Shown here: positions 19,387 to 28,939 of the stretch, piece after piece | Layout: every line of letters begins with the position of its first letter | How positions within the stretch are numbered: the first letter of the stretch is position 1 | Assembly (NCBI GenBank): GCA_022790615.1 | Contig: JAAVXK010000036.1 | Location: forward strand, 22,886-86,885 | Direction: 5' to 3' | Length of the DNA stretch: 64,000 bases | Source of the DNA: Lachnospiraceae bacterium | GTDB lineage: Bacteria > Bacillota > Clostridia > Lachnospirales > Lachnospiraceae | Translations under genes and position numbers: made by a program | Notes under the pieces: model-generated | Told to the model about the DNA's origin: nothing | Seen by the model: the letters and a program-made list of their open reading frames with translations, nothing else | Databases searched by the model: none

Positions 19387-21666
19387 TTATTGATCATTTT
19401 CTTCCTGACGCGGTGCCCCGTCAATCATATGCATCCGAATTCCGGCGTCATTGTCCGCCTTCCCGTTAGAGCATGTTACATGTACTTCCTTTCGCTCTCC
19501 CGAAAACGGATTATACAGCGTCACGGTTTTATCCATTCCATCCTGCGGCATATATACATGTAACTCGCAATTATTAATATAATCGTAGTCCGGCCTCCCG
19601 TCAATCGTTCCGTGCGGGGTGACCGCGCCTTCCCTGACAAAGCATGGAATTTCGGTGTACGGAATACTTTTAAGCGTAATCCATGCTTTTCCGTCGTACA
19701 CTTCATTTGAAAAATAATTGACCCATCTCCCCTCCGGAAGATAGACGTCGGCCTGCGACTTATCGTTAAATACCGGGGCAACCAGTATGTCTCCGCCAAG
19801 CATATACTGCTTGTCCGTGTACGCGCACATCTTATCGTCAGGATATTCAAGAATCATGCTTCGCATGAGCGGCAGTCCCGTATTATGCGCTTCGACGGCA
19901 AGCCCGTATATATACGGCATAAGCCTGTTTTTAAGGCGTACAAATGTCTTTGCGGTCAGCACCGCGTCCTCACCGTAATTCCAGGGCACCCTGTAAGAGC
20001 CGCTTCCGTGCATCCTCGAATGGGAAGACATAAGCCCGAAAGCCACCCATCTTTTGTACACATCCTCCGTCGAAGTATCCTCAAATCCGCCTATATCATG
20101 GCTCCAAAAACTGTAGCCGGACATTGTCAGTGAAAGGCCTCCCCTTAAGCTCTCCTCCATTGATTCATAATCGGATATGCTGTCGCCGCCCCAGTGTACG
20201 GGGAATTTCTGTCCCCCGGCGGTTCCGCTCCTTGCAAACAAAATTGCCTCTTCGGCTCCCTTTTCCTCCAATATTACATTATACACTGCCTCATTATACA
20301 GATATGAATAATAATTGTGCATAAGTACCGGGTCCGCCCCATTATGATAGCATACGCCCTCCGTCGGAATCTGCTCGCCGAAGTCTGTCTTAAAACAGTC
20401 CACGCCCATGTCTAAGAGTTTCCGCAGACAGTCCTGATACCACCTTACCGCATCCTCATTCGTAAAATCAACCACAGCCATCCCCGGCTGCCACATATCC
20501 CACTGCCAGATGTCTCCGTTTTTCTTCTTTATAAAATATCCGTTATCTCTTCCGCAGGCAAACAATTCCGAATTCTGCGCAATGTATGGATTAATCCATA
20601 CGCAGACCTTAAGCCCTTTCGCCTTAATCCTTGCAAGCATCGCCTCGGGTTCGCCAAACACCTTGTCATCCCACTTAAAATTGCACCAGCTCATACCTTT
20701 CATCCAAAAGCAGTCAAAATGAAATACGCTGAGCGGTATCTCTCTTCTCTCCATCTCGTCAATGAAGCTCATTACCGTGTTTTCATCATAATCCGTAGTA
20801 AATGAGGTCGACAGCCAAAGGCCGAACGACCACGCCGGAAGTATGGGAGGTCTTCCGATAAGCCCCGTATATTTTACCAGCACATCCTTCATGCGGCCAT
20901 ACGCATTCTCATCCCCGCATATGACGGAAAATTCAAGGCTTTCGCCCTGGACGGAAAACTGGACTCTCTGCGCAAGCTCGCTTCCAACCTCGTATTCTAC
21001 TCTTCCGGTATTATTTACGAATACGCCGTACCCTCTGTCTGACATATAAAACGGAACATTTTTATAGGAGAGCTGCGTCGACGTTCCCCCGTCGTCATTC
21101 CACATCTCGACAACCTGCCCGTTTTTAACAAACGCGGTAAATCTTTCCCCCAGACCGTATATGTGTTCGTCAACCGATAAGTTCGTTGCTGCGCACATAT
21201 AGTTAACGTCTTGCCAAGATATGTACGCCTCGCCCCGTCCGTCCTCTCTCACATACATGATATCGCCCGGCTTTATTCGCGTAAGATATCGTTCCTTCTG
21301 GTAAAATTCCAATGTCATATCATTTTTTATAACAAGCTTTGCGCCGTCGTTCTCGATAACAGTGTTACCTTCAACCGACTCTGCCTCAAGTTTTGCAGGG
21401 TTTGCATTTACATCAAATGCCGGCACATACCCGGTCTGTCCCTCAAAGTGTGTTAGCTTTACCGTAAATACCCCCGGAGCCGGAATACTTATCCTTACCG
21501 TTATAACCGGCACATTAAGCGTACACCCCCTGTTATATATTTTCCTTACAGGCGCGCATATCTTTAACACCGTGCCATCCTGTTCATAACATGTATCATA
21601 TATTTCAGCCGGCGAAAGGCACTCCATTCCCTTTTCTTTTAACCAATGTCCGTGATTGAACTTCAT
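19387..21666 (-). CDS. yicI: GH31 alpha-xylosidase
   Basis: MKF..G.W start, YGLGERF, FHFDCFWM, nucleophile FKTDFGE, HWGGD, WSHDIGGF. Confidence 0.93.
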   Translation of the reverse strand: MKFNHGHWLKEKGMECLSPAEIYDTCYEQDGTVLKICAPVRKIYNRGCTLNVPVITVRISIPAPGVFTVKLTHFEGQTGYVPAFDVNANPAKLEAESVEGNTVIENDGAKLVIKNDMTLEFYQKERYLTRIKPGDIMYVREDGRGEAYISWQDVNYMCAATNLSVDEHIYGLGERFTAFVKNGQVVEMWNDDGGTSTQLSYKNVPFYMSDRGYGVFVNNTGRVEYEVGSELAQRVQFSVQGESLEFSVICGDENAYGRMKDVLVKYTGLIGRPPILPAWSFGLWLSTSFTTDYDENTVMSFIDEMERREIPLSVFHFDCFWMKGMSWCNFKWDDKVFGEPEAMLARIKAKGLKVCVWINPYIAQNSELFACGRDNGYFIKKKNGDIWQWDMWQPGMAVVDFTNEDAVRWYQDCLRKLLDMGVDCFKTDFGEQIPTEGVCYHNGADPVLMHNYYSYLYNEAVYNVILEEKGAEEAILFARSGTAGGQKFPVHWGGDSISDYESMEESLRGGLSLTMSGYSFWSHDIGGFEDTSTEDVYKRWVAFGLMSSHSRMHGSGSYRVPWNYGEDAVLTAKTFVRLKNRLMPYIYGLAVEAHNTGLPLMRSMILEYPDDKMCAYTDKQYMLGGDILVAPVFNDKSQADVYLPEGRWVNYFSNEVYDGKAWITLKSIPYTEIPCFVREGAVTPHGTIDGRPDYDYINNCELHVYMPQDGMDKTVTLYNPFSGERKEVHVTCSNGKADNDAGIRMHMIDGAPRQEENDQ

Positions 21667-21730
21667 ATTGTAATAACCTCCTCCTCAATGTTTCTTTTAA
21701 TTAGCAGCAAAACCCAAAAAACCGATATAC

Positions 21731-21768
21731 TCAAAACAGGGTGAACACGTAATGTGTTCACCCTGTTT
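21731..21768 (-). terminator. intrinsic terminator closing the giant-protein/peptide transcript
   Basis: 15-bp perfect stem AAACAGGGTGAACAC / GTGTTCACCCTGTTT ending in a T run on the minus strand. Confidence 0.8.
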
Positions 21769-21842
21769 AAGTTATACCGTTGTCAGATGCCATATACACC
21801 TGACATATTACAACAAAGAATTAATCCACCTAATAGCATATA

Positions 21843-21944
21843 TTATGCAAATGGGTTTACTTCTCCTTCAGGTATACTTGTTGTAATAATATCCTCTGCA
21901 TAGAAGACAATTACCTCCATGTCAGGGGCTTCATACTTCTCCAT
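21843..21944 (-). CDS. 33-aa putative RiPP precursor with lasso-type RRE-binding leader
   Basis: Not in ORF track. MEKYEAPDMEVIVFYAEDIITTSIPEGEVNPFA; GAAAGGTGGTGG RBS 6 nt before ATG; YxxPx(L/M) motif and DIITT-S junction; followed by a terminator. Confidence 0.85.
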   Translation of the reverse strand: MEKYEAPDMEVIVFYAEDIITTSIPEGEVNPFA

Positions 21945-22007
21945 GTATATCCACCACCTTTCCTGATTCAGACGACATGTCGTATCACGGACATAACCAT
22001 CTTATCA

Positions 22008-25000
22008 TTATTTACTCTTGCAGTCATTATAACTGCTTGACTTCATAGAGCCGTAGATTGTTTCCTGATTTCCTTCCGGATCAGTAACTACCATATATGG
22101 TCTTGCCCACAAAGTCCTGTCAAGATTATTTGTAACCTTCATTGTAAATACGCTGGTTACACCTACAGAAGTAAATTTAAACTGTTTATGTGGCAGAACT
22201 GTGCCATTTACTGTCTGTCCCAGAGTTGCTATTGTCATCTGCTCTTCCTGTATCTCCTTAGCGCTATACAACATACCCATTTCAACTACAGTATAATCTT
22301 CACCTTCTGGAAGGTTCATAGTTGAAGAGAACGAAAGCTTATTATTTCCGTCCGCTGTATCAGTAGTGTATATTTCAGTAATAGCAATCGTAGGTTTAAC
22401 TGAACCCGGCTTAACAGAAACATAAACAGCTTTCAGTGTTATTGGAGTCTCAGTCAAAACAACAAACTCATATGGCAGTGCAGAACCGATGTTTTCACCG
22501 TCTCTCTCCCAGTGTGAGAAGTAGAGTGTGCTGCTTCCTACCGTAACTTCTGCCTCTGCATTTGCCTGATACTTACTTCCTACTTCAGGTTGTGCTGTAA
22601 CTTCATCAGCAACAGTATTTCCGCTCGCATCTACATATTGTACTGTTACATTTCCTGTCTTGGCAGCTTCTAACTCATATACAGAATATACATTTATATT
22701 TCCTGTCTTATTCTCTGTTGCTGCCAATTCATCCGCTTTGGCTTTAATAGCAGCTGCAATATCCGCTGTTGCTTCAGTTGCACCTTGTTCCATAGACCAT
22801 CCCTTGAATACATATCCAAACTTGTTAGCGCCGGCAGCCAATTGTATATCAGCAGCTTCCGGAACAGCCAATGGATTAATATCCGTACGGCCTACTTCTG
22901 TTTTATTGTCATAACCATAGAAGATTACGGTTATTCCGCCTTCAATACCGCACCATTTACATTTGCCGCCTACATAAGAATGTGGTACGGCAGGCAATAC
23001 CTGATAGAGCATACCTTCATAAGCCATACCTGCTTCTGTCTGCTCTCCTCCTGAGAAATACTTCTTGTTTTCCACATCGTTCACTGTAGTTCTGGCAAGA
23101 ACCCACTTGTAACCTTCACCAGGTTCAAGCGTACGGTTTTCATCAGGAACTTCTACAGGGTCACAGGATGTACAACGTGCTTCCTGTCCCTGGACATTGA
23201 AATCATTGTCCATTACGGCTTCGGCAGTGTACTTATGTCCCGGGTCGCCTTCCTGACAATCTTTACGCTCACACTCAAATGTTGCCAAAACTGTCGTTCC
23301 CTCTTCTCCTGCCTTCCATGAGAATGTAGGAGTACCATACAAATGTCCTTTTGCAACTCCTGCAACCTGCTCTGCAGTGTACTCGGCAGAACATTTGCTG
23401 TCCTTATAGAATCTGCCGCACCTGTCGCATGCATAATGAGCCGGTTTAGCCGGTTCAATACAAGAAGTCGTTGTTTCCGCCTTTACGTATCTCAGGTTAT
23501 GGTTAGCTGAACCTGTCGCTTCCTCTACGCTATATTCAATGCTGTCCCAACCTTCCGGCAGGTTCCATGATGCCATATCTTCTTGAGATATTCCATCGAA
23601 TACCGCAGTCTTTTCTTCATCAGATACCTGATATTTCCAAGAATATCCTTTAGAACAATCTGTAACCTTAATTCCATCCTCAGCAACAGTTGCTCCAGTT
23701 ACCTGGTCAGATACTACCGCTGCATTCAAAACATATTTCTGAGTATGCGACGCATCATGTGCACATGTACGGGTAATAGTAATTGGAATAGAAAGGGCTC
23801 CGTCTGCAACAGCCGCCTCGTCCTTAGTTACTTTTGCATCACCATAACTATGGGCGTCAGCAACTATAGCAAGGGTCTGCTCCTGACTCATTATCTGTTC
23901 TTCAGCAATATCATCCGAACCAACCAAATCACTATCAGCAATACTCCATGTAGCTGTTCCCGTAGCGCTGCAGGTAGCTTCTAATGTTACTTCTTTCTTA
24001 ACTGACGCGCTTTCCTCCGGCACCTCTACATGGTCGCATCCTGTTCTGGTACACTTCTTAGTCTTTGTAGCAGACCATGTACCATCCTCAGCCTGCGTCC
24101 AATTGATATACCACTTATTCAGATGTCCAAGCTGGTCGCTTGTTAATACCCTCATATCCTGTGCAAGACGAACATTAGTCATGCCCTTCTGATACAGGTT
24201 AGCTGTATATGTCATTGTACCCGACTTATCACATGTAGCCTGCGTACCTGATTTTACAAGCTCAAGAAGAGTATAAGTGTCTTCCCACTTGAACACTGTG
24301 TCTCCGTCTTCATTTTCTGTGCCATCTGTCAATGGCAACTCATAAGTCACAACCGGATAAACGTCATCATTAGCTTCACTTGTGTCCGGATGCTCCTCAC
24401 AAGCTGTACACTTTCTTGTTACTGCCAAGTTTGTATATACATGGTCAGCCTCATTCAAGGTCCAGTTAAATACAGTAGTCTCCTTATGTCCAGGTCCTTC
24501 TTTGGTATATACCTTTGTATTCGGATTACCAATCGTAGTCTCTCCTGCATGAATCTGAGCCACATATTCAGTCCTTGTACTTATTGTACAGCTTCCTTCT
24601 CTATGGTTCGGATTCGATACAAACTCAATATAAGGTTCTTCCTGCTCCGCCGGTGCAGACAACAGTGTGCTTACGTCTGTCTCAATAGTTGTCTTATTCT
24701 GTACACTATTAGTAGTACAGCCTTCATTCGCACAATAATATTCTGCCTGTACTTTATAATCAGGAATATTATATGTTTTTCCATCCTGAGTATACTCTAC
24801 CGTTAATGCTCCGCCGGAAACAGCATCCACCTGTTCTGTCCATGTCCATGCCGGCTCCGTCCAGTTATGAGCGTTAGGATCTATAGCCGTTGCCGTCTCA
24901 ATCTTTTCAGGCACTGCATTAACATCACATATATTCTTGGTGCCATCACGATATTTTACAACAACATCATATACGGCATAGCCTTTTTCTGCACAGGAAG

Positions 25001-28000
25001 CGGTCTTATTCTTTTCACTGTCCGCTTTTGTAATAACAACCTGAGGCATTGAATATACAACAGAGTCGTCATCACCATCCAACATGGTAGAGCCTTCGTC
25101 TATAATCATTGCCGGACTCTTGACTTTCAGTACCTTGTCACATCCTTCGTTCGCGCATGTGATAGTAACTATTACACCCTTACTGTAATCATGAACTGTT
25201 TCTTCAGTATCACCAGCTGTTGCATCTGCCCACTGTACTTTTACATTAGCGCCGCTAAGATTATGTTTCTGCTCTACAACTTTCTCCAGTACAGCAGTAT
25301 ACTTGGTTGACTTTGAGTCTGCAGTTACTTTCGAAGTATCATAGCTAAGTTCTACGTTACCGTCAACCGTCTCTGTAACAACGCCGTCTTTTGAAAAATC
25401 ATATGAAGCGTTATATTTCAATGTAACAGTTTTACCACATTCAGGTGTTGGATTATTCGCATCCGCAGGTGCTTCAATATTACCAATCGTAACTTTATTA
25501 TTACACTCTTTACATGTAATCTCCATCTGCGCCTTATCAGTGTCCTTACCTTCTGCGTCTTTCTCCCAGCTGAACTTCACGCTGCCTGACTCAAAAGTAT
25601 GTGGTCGCATTGGAATAATTGTATCTGCTTCTTCTACAGGTTCTGTTGAATCTTCGCCCAAAAACAGTCTGTTACAGGTTGAACAACTATATGTTGCCTT
25701 GTGTCCTTCCTTCGTACATGTAGCAGCCATGTATCCTTGCTGCTTAGTCAATTCATGAGCCGGAGTAATTGATTTCTCCGCCTCTACAGTTCCTTCCGTA
25801 TCAGCAAACGCAAATACTGCCTTGAACGGATAAGCGTTCTGACATGAAAGACTTGATGCATCAAACTCGCCTGTACCGGCATATGTCACAACAACCGGAT
25901 TCTCGGAAGCAGCCGTAAGTTCCTCTCCACACTTATCACAAACGGCCGTCACAGTCACTCCGTTATCTTGACCTGATGCAAAGTTCTTAATATCAAAATT
26001 ATCCCAGTTTGCTTCAACACTACTTACAGTATGCTTTCCTGCCGGAATGGTTACTTCCTGCTCTGTAAATGTCTTTGACAGCTTACCGCTAGGTGTATTA
26101 ATCGTAACCGTTACATCAAGTTTATATTTCTTTTCCTGTGCACAGTTACTCTTTGGGTCACCTTCTTTTATAATAACAGAAATGTTATTCTCAGAAGCTT
26201 CTATAACATGCTCTGCATTATTAGAACATGTAACCTTTGCTGTTACGCCATTAGCCTCACCATAGGCATAGTTCGCAGCATTGAATTCTGTTGTATCAAT
26301 CGAAATGTTATCTACAGCATAGCTGTGGCCTGTAGCAGGCGTCACGTATGTTGATTCTTTTTTGCCACTTATTCCGTTTGCATCCAACTCAAGCTCACTT
26401 AAGCTATCATAACACAATCCACAATTAGGGCACTTAACGTATGCCTTTGCAATAATATCATTCTCGCATGCATCCGTACCTTCCGGTGTTGCCTCAACAG
26501 TTGTTCCGTAATGCTGTTGTTTAGGAATAACAACATCTCCCGTCAGCATATCAGCGCCGGTCTTATCCTCATACATCTGGTGACAATTCACACACTCATA
26601 ATGACCAATCACGCCTTCTTCCCAACAAGTTGCCGCTTTTTCCGAAACCCATTTTATAGAATGTTCTTTTGGTACAATTACATATCTTCCATCCTGCTGC
26701 TCTGCCGGGCTGCAGCCTGAAACATGCTGAGGTTCCTTATCAAATGAACCTCCTCTGACATTGACATTGATTCCTGTAAGTGTACTATCAGTCTCACCGT
26801 CATAGAATATCTTGCTGTCAGAACCGTTACCTACATTGAATGTTCCTCCATTGATATTCAGGTTCAATTTTACAGGGTCATTATCGGTTCCCGGAACCTT
26901 TTTGTAAGGTATAGAAATTACATGCTGCTCGCCAGTAGTTCCTTTTGCCTCAAATGTACCGTCGTTAATTGTCACATCCGCATTGGCCGGGAGGTAAAGT
27001 ACTGCGTTGAATTTCTTGATAGTATCAGTATTACAACATACTTCACTTGAATATGTTCCGCCGTTAATCGTAATCTTGCCAGGAGCCGTACTTCCGTTCA
27101 TGGCAATCGGAGCAAACATACTTGAAATTGAAGGGTTCTTTGTACCGTCTCCTAATACCAATGTTCCGCCAAGGTTAACGTAGATACCATACATACCGTC
27201 TGTCTTCTGGGCATTACCTACGTTTGCATTAATTGTTGCGTCAAGTACTGTAAGCTTACCGCTTGTACCCGTCACACTAATCAATGACGCGCCGTCATAA
27301 CTTGTATTGTTTGACGTAGACATTTCACTTGTCTGTGCATTACACTCAAGTACAGCGCCGCCTTTAATTGTTGATATGCCGGCTACCATCATCATGGCAA
27401 CGCCCTTTGTCTGGTATTTACCGCCATCAATTGTCAATGTTCCTCTCACATCGAATATCGTGTGATTTTCAGCATTATCTGACCATGCAATTCCACCACT
27501 GTCTTCAGCTGCTACAGTATTCTTAATAACGCCTGTAGTTCCTCCTGTCAGAACAAGCTCCTGACCATCCGGAACCGTAACCATATAACCTTTTGTGTCA
27601 ATAGTCACACCAGTAAAGTCATAACTGCCTGCAAGTTCAATGTTATCCAGTAACTGAACTTCACTATTACCAGCATCTTTAGACGCATTAATAGCATCCT
27701 GAAGCTTTGAAAATTTCTTGCCGTTTACACTGAAACTAACCGGTTCTCCAACCTTGTACAGGCCGTCTCCATCCGCATCCGCAATAAGAGCTTTTCCGGC
27801 AGCAACAGAGCCTTCGTTCAATTCTTTTGATATATCAGAAGAGAACTTTCCTCCGGTTACTGAAACCTTAGTCTTGTTGCTTTCACTAGCCTTGTTCGGA
27901 TAGTAGAATACTGAACCGTTATTACCACCTGTCTTAAAAGTTCCGCCGCTAATCTTCAGATTAAGCCTTACAGTACCATACTGTGTCTTGTCATATGGTA

Positions 28001-28925
28001 TTGAGATAACATGCATATCGCTGCTTGTAGAATCAGAAGCTGTAAATGTTCCGCCGCTTATATCTACAGTAGCGCTTGCCGGAAGGTAAAGCACCGAGTT
28101 AAATTTAATAATATTCTCGCCGCTGCATACCAGCGTGCTGGTATATTCACCACCCTTAATGGTAATCCTTCCAGGCGCGGTCGTAGCGTTCATGGCTACT
28201 GCAGCGAACTTACTGGTTACGGACGGGCCTGTGCCATCGGCATTACCCAGTTCCACTTCTCCTCCGTTCCATATGTATATACCATACATTCCGCAGTCGG
28301 TATCGTTACCAACGTTGGCATCAATGCTACCGTAAGTCATAGTAAACTTCGCTCCCGCGCCATCTACATCAATGAATGCGGCGCCGTCATAATAACCTTT
28401 TGCAGCTGCCTGCTCCTTAGTTGCGGTACAGTCAAATATAGAGCCCTTAGCTGTTACCGTACCGGTAACCTTGAGCATATCTACGCCTGCGCTCTCATAG
28501 AGGCCGCCGTTCATAGTAAGATTACCGTTTACCAGGAGCATGGTATGGTTCTTTGCCATGTCGGTAAACCCAGCTTCCTCTACTGGAACTTCGTTAATAA
28601 TCCTAGTTCCTTGATCGAATACAACATTTTCAGCCGTATCCGGAATCGTAATCAGGTAACCCTTTGTATCAATGGCCACGCCTTCCAGATTCTCGGTAAG
28701 CTGTACGTTTTCTTTCAGCTCAATCTTCTTAGCGCCGGCTTTAACAGCAGCGTCCAAAGTAGCGTAATCGCCGCCCTTTCCGACAGTAACAGCCTGTTCA
28801 GTCGTCTGGCCGCCTGTTTCTGTGCCTTCTGCCGCTCTCGCGTTGGACGGTCCCGAAATAAGCGACACTACCATTGCCGCGCTAAGCGTCAGGCTCAACA
28901 AGCGTTTCAACTTCTTTTGCTTCAT
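22008..28925 (-). CDS. 2305-aa secreted/surface protein: duplicated beta-rich N-terminal domains, about 15 His/Cys modules, beta-sandwich C-terminus
   Basis: Start moved to ATG 28925 (GAAAGGAG RBS; signal peptide MKQKKLKRLLSLTLSAAMVVSLISGPSNARA). Two paralogous domains (GMYGIY, AMN.(T/S)TAPG.ITI.GG, FN.VLYLPA, HVISIPY). Repeated H..(T/S)C..G..CxxC. InlB-B-repeat-like GYVFKGWS and YFSHWE. Confidence 0.9.
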   Translation of the reverse strand: MKQKKLKRLLSLTLSAAMVVSLISGPSNARAAEGTETGGQTTEQAVTVGKGGDYATLDAAVKAGAKKIELKENVQLTENLEGVAIDTKGYLITIPDTAENVVFDQGTRIINEVPVEEAGFTDMAKNHTMLLVNGNLTMNGGLYESAGVDMLKVTGTVTAKGSIFDCTATKEQAAAKGYYDGAAFIDVDGAGAKFTMTYGSIDANVGNDTDCGMYGIYIWNGGEVELGNADGTGPSVTSKFAAVAMNATTAPGRITIKGGEYTSTLVCSGENIIKFNSVLYLPASATVDISGGTFTASDSTSSDMHVISIPYDKTQYGTVRLNLKISGGTFKTGGNNGSVFYYPNKASESNKTKVSVTGGKFSSDISKELNEGSVAAGKALIADADGDGLYKVGEPVSFSVNGKKFSKLQDAINASKDAGNSEVQLLDNIELAGSYDFTGVTIDTKGYMVTVPDGQELVLTGGTTGVIKNTVAAEDSGGIAWSDNAENHTIFDVRGTLTIDGGKYQTKGVAMMMVAGISTIKGGAVLECNAQTSEMSTSNNTSYDGASLISVTGTSGKLTVLDATINANVGNAQKTDGMYGIYVNLGGTLVLGDGTKNPSISSMFAPIAMNGSTAPGKITINGGTYSSEVCCNTDTIKKFNAVLYLPANADVTINDGTFEAKGTTGEQHVISIPYKKVPGTDNDPVKLNLNINGGTFNVGNGSDSKIFYDGETDSTLTGINVNVRGGSFDKEPQHVSGCSPAEQQDGRYVIVPKEHSIKWVSEKAATCWEEGVIGHYECVNCHQMYEDKTGADMLTGDVVIPKQQHYGTTVEATPEGTDACENDIIAKAYVKCPNCGLCYDSLSELELDANGISGKKESTYVTPATGHSYAVDNISIDTTEFNAANYAYGEANGVTAKVTCSNNAEHVIEASENNISVIIKEGDPKSNCAQEKKYKLDVTVTINTPSGKLSKTFTEQEVTIPAGKHTVSSVEANWDNFDIKNFASGQDNGVTVTAVCDKCGEELTAASENPVVVTYAGTGEFDASSLSCQNAYPFKAVFAFADTEGTVEAEKSITPAHELTKQQGYMAATCTKEGHKATYSCSTCNRLFLGEDSTEPVEEADTIIPMRPHTFESGSVKFSWEKDAEGKDTDKAQMEITCKECNNKVTIGNIEAPADANNPTPECGKTVTLKYNASYDFSKDGVVTETVDGNVELSYDTSKVTADSKSTKYTAVLEKVVEQKHNLSGANVKVQWADATAGDTEETVHDYSKGVIVTITCANEGCDKVLKVKSPAMIIDEGSTMLDGDDDSVVYSMPQVVITKADSEKNKTASCAEKGYAVYDVVVKYRDGTKNICDVNAVPEKIETATAIDPNAHNWTEPAWTWTEQVDAVSGGALTVEYTQDGKTYNIPDYKVQAEYYCANEGCTTNSVQNKTTIETDVSTLLSAPAEQEEPYIEFVSNPNHREGSCTISTRTEYVAQIHAGETTIGNPNTKVYTKEGPGHKETTVFNWTLNEADHVYTNLAVTRKCTACEEHPDTSEANDDVYPVVTYELPLTDGTENEDGDTVFKWEDTYTLLELVKSGTQATCDKSGTMTYTANLYQKGMTNVRLAQDMRVLTSDQLGHLNKWYINWTQAEDGTWSATKTKKCTRTGCDHVEVPEESASVKKEVTLEATCSATGTATWSIADSDLVGSDDIAEEQIMSQEQTLAIVADAHSYGDAKVTKDEAAVADGALSIPITITRTCAHDASHTQKYVLNAAVVSDQVTGATVAEDGIKVTDCSKGYSWKYQVSDEEKTAVFDGISQEDMASWNLPEGWDSIEYSVEEATGSANHNLRYVKAETTTSCIEPAKPAHYACDRCGRFYKDSKCSAEYTAEQVAGVAKGHLYGTPTFSWKAGEEGTTVLATFECERKDCQEGDPGHKYTAEAVMDNDFNVQGQEARCTSCDPVEVPDENRTLEPGEGYKWVLARTTVNDVENKKYFSGGEQTEAGMAYEGMLYQVLPAVPHSYVGGKCKWCGIEGGITVIFYGYDNKTEVGRTDINPLAVPEAADIQLAAGANKFGYVFKGWSMEQGATEATADIAAAIKAKADELAATENKTGNINVYSVYELEAAKTGNVTVQYVDASGNTVADEVTAQPEVGSKYQANAEAEVTVGSSTLYFSHWERDGENIGSALPYEFVVLTETPITLKAVYVSVKPGSVKPTIAITEIYTTDTADGNNKLSFSSTMNLPEGEDYTVVEMGMLYSAKEIQEEQMTIATLGQTVNGTVLPHKQFKFTSVGVTSVFTMKVTNNLDRTLWARPYMVVTDPEGNQETIYGSMKSSSYNDCKSK

Positions 28926-28939
28926 AGTGTATAAAACTC

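Noticed and set aside
26580-26594. CVNCH heme-c motif in the giant protein
   Set aside because: Single occurrence among ~15 Cys modules that lack the following His; no cytochrome c maturation genes here; likely chance.
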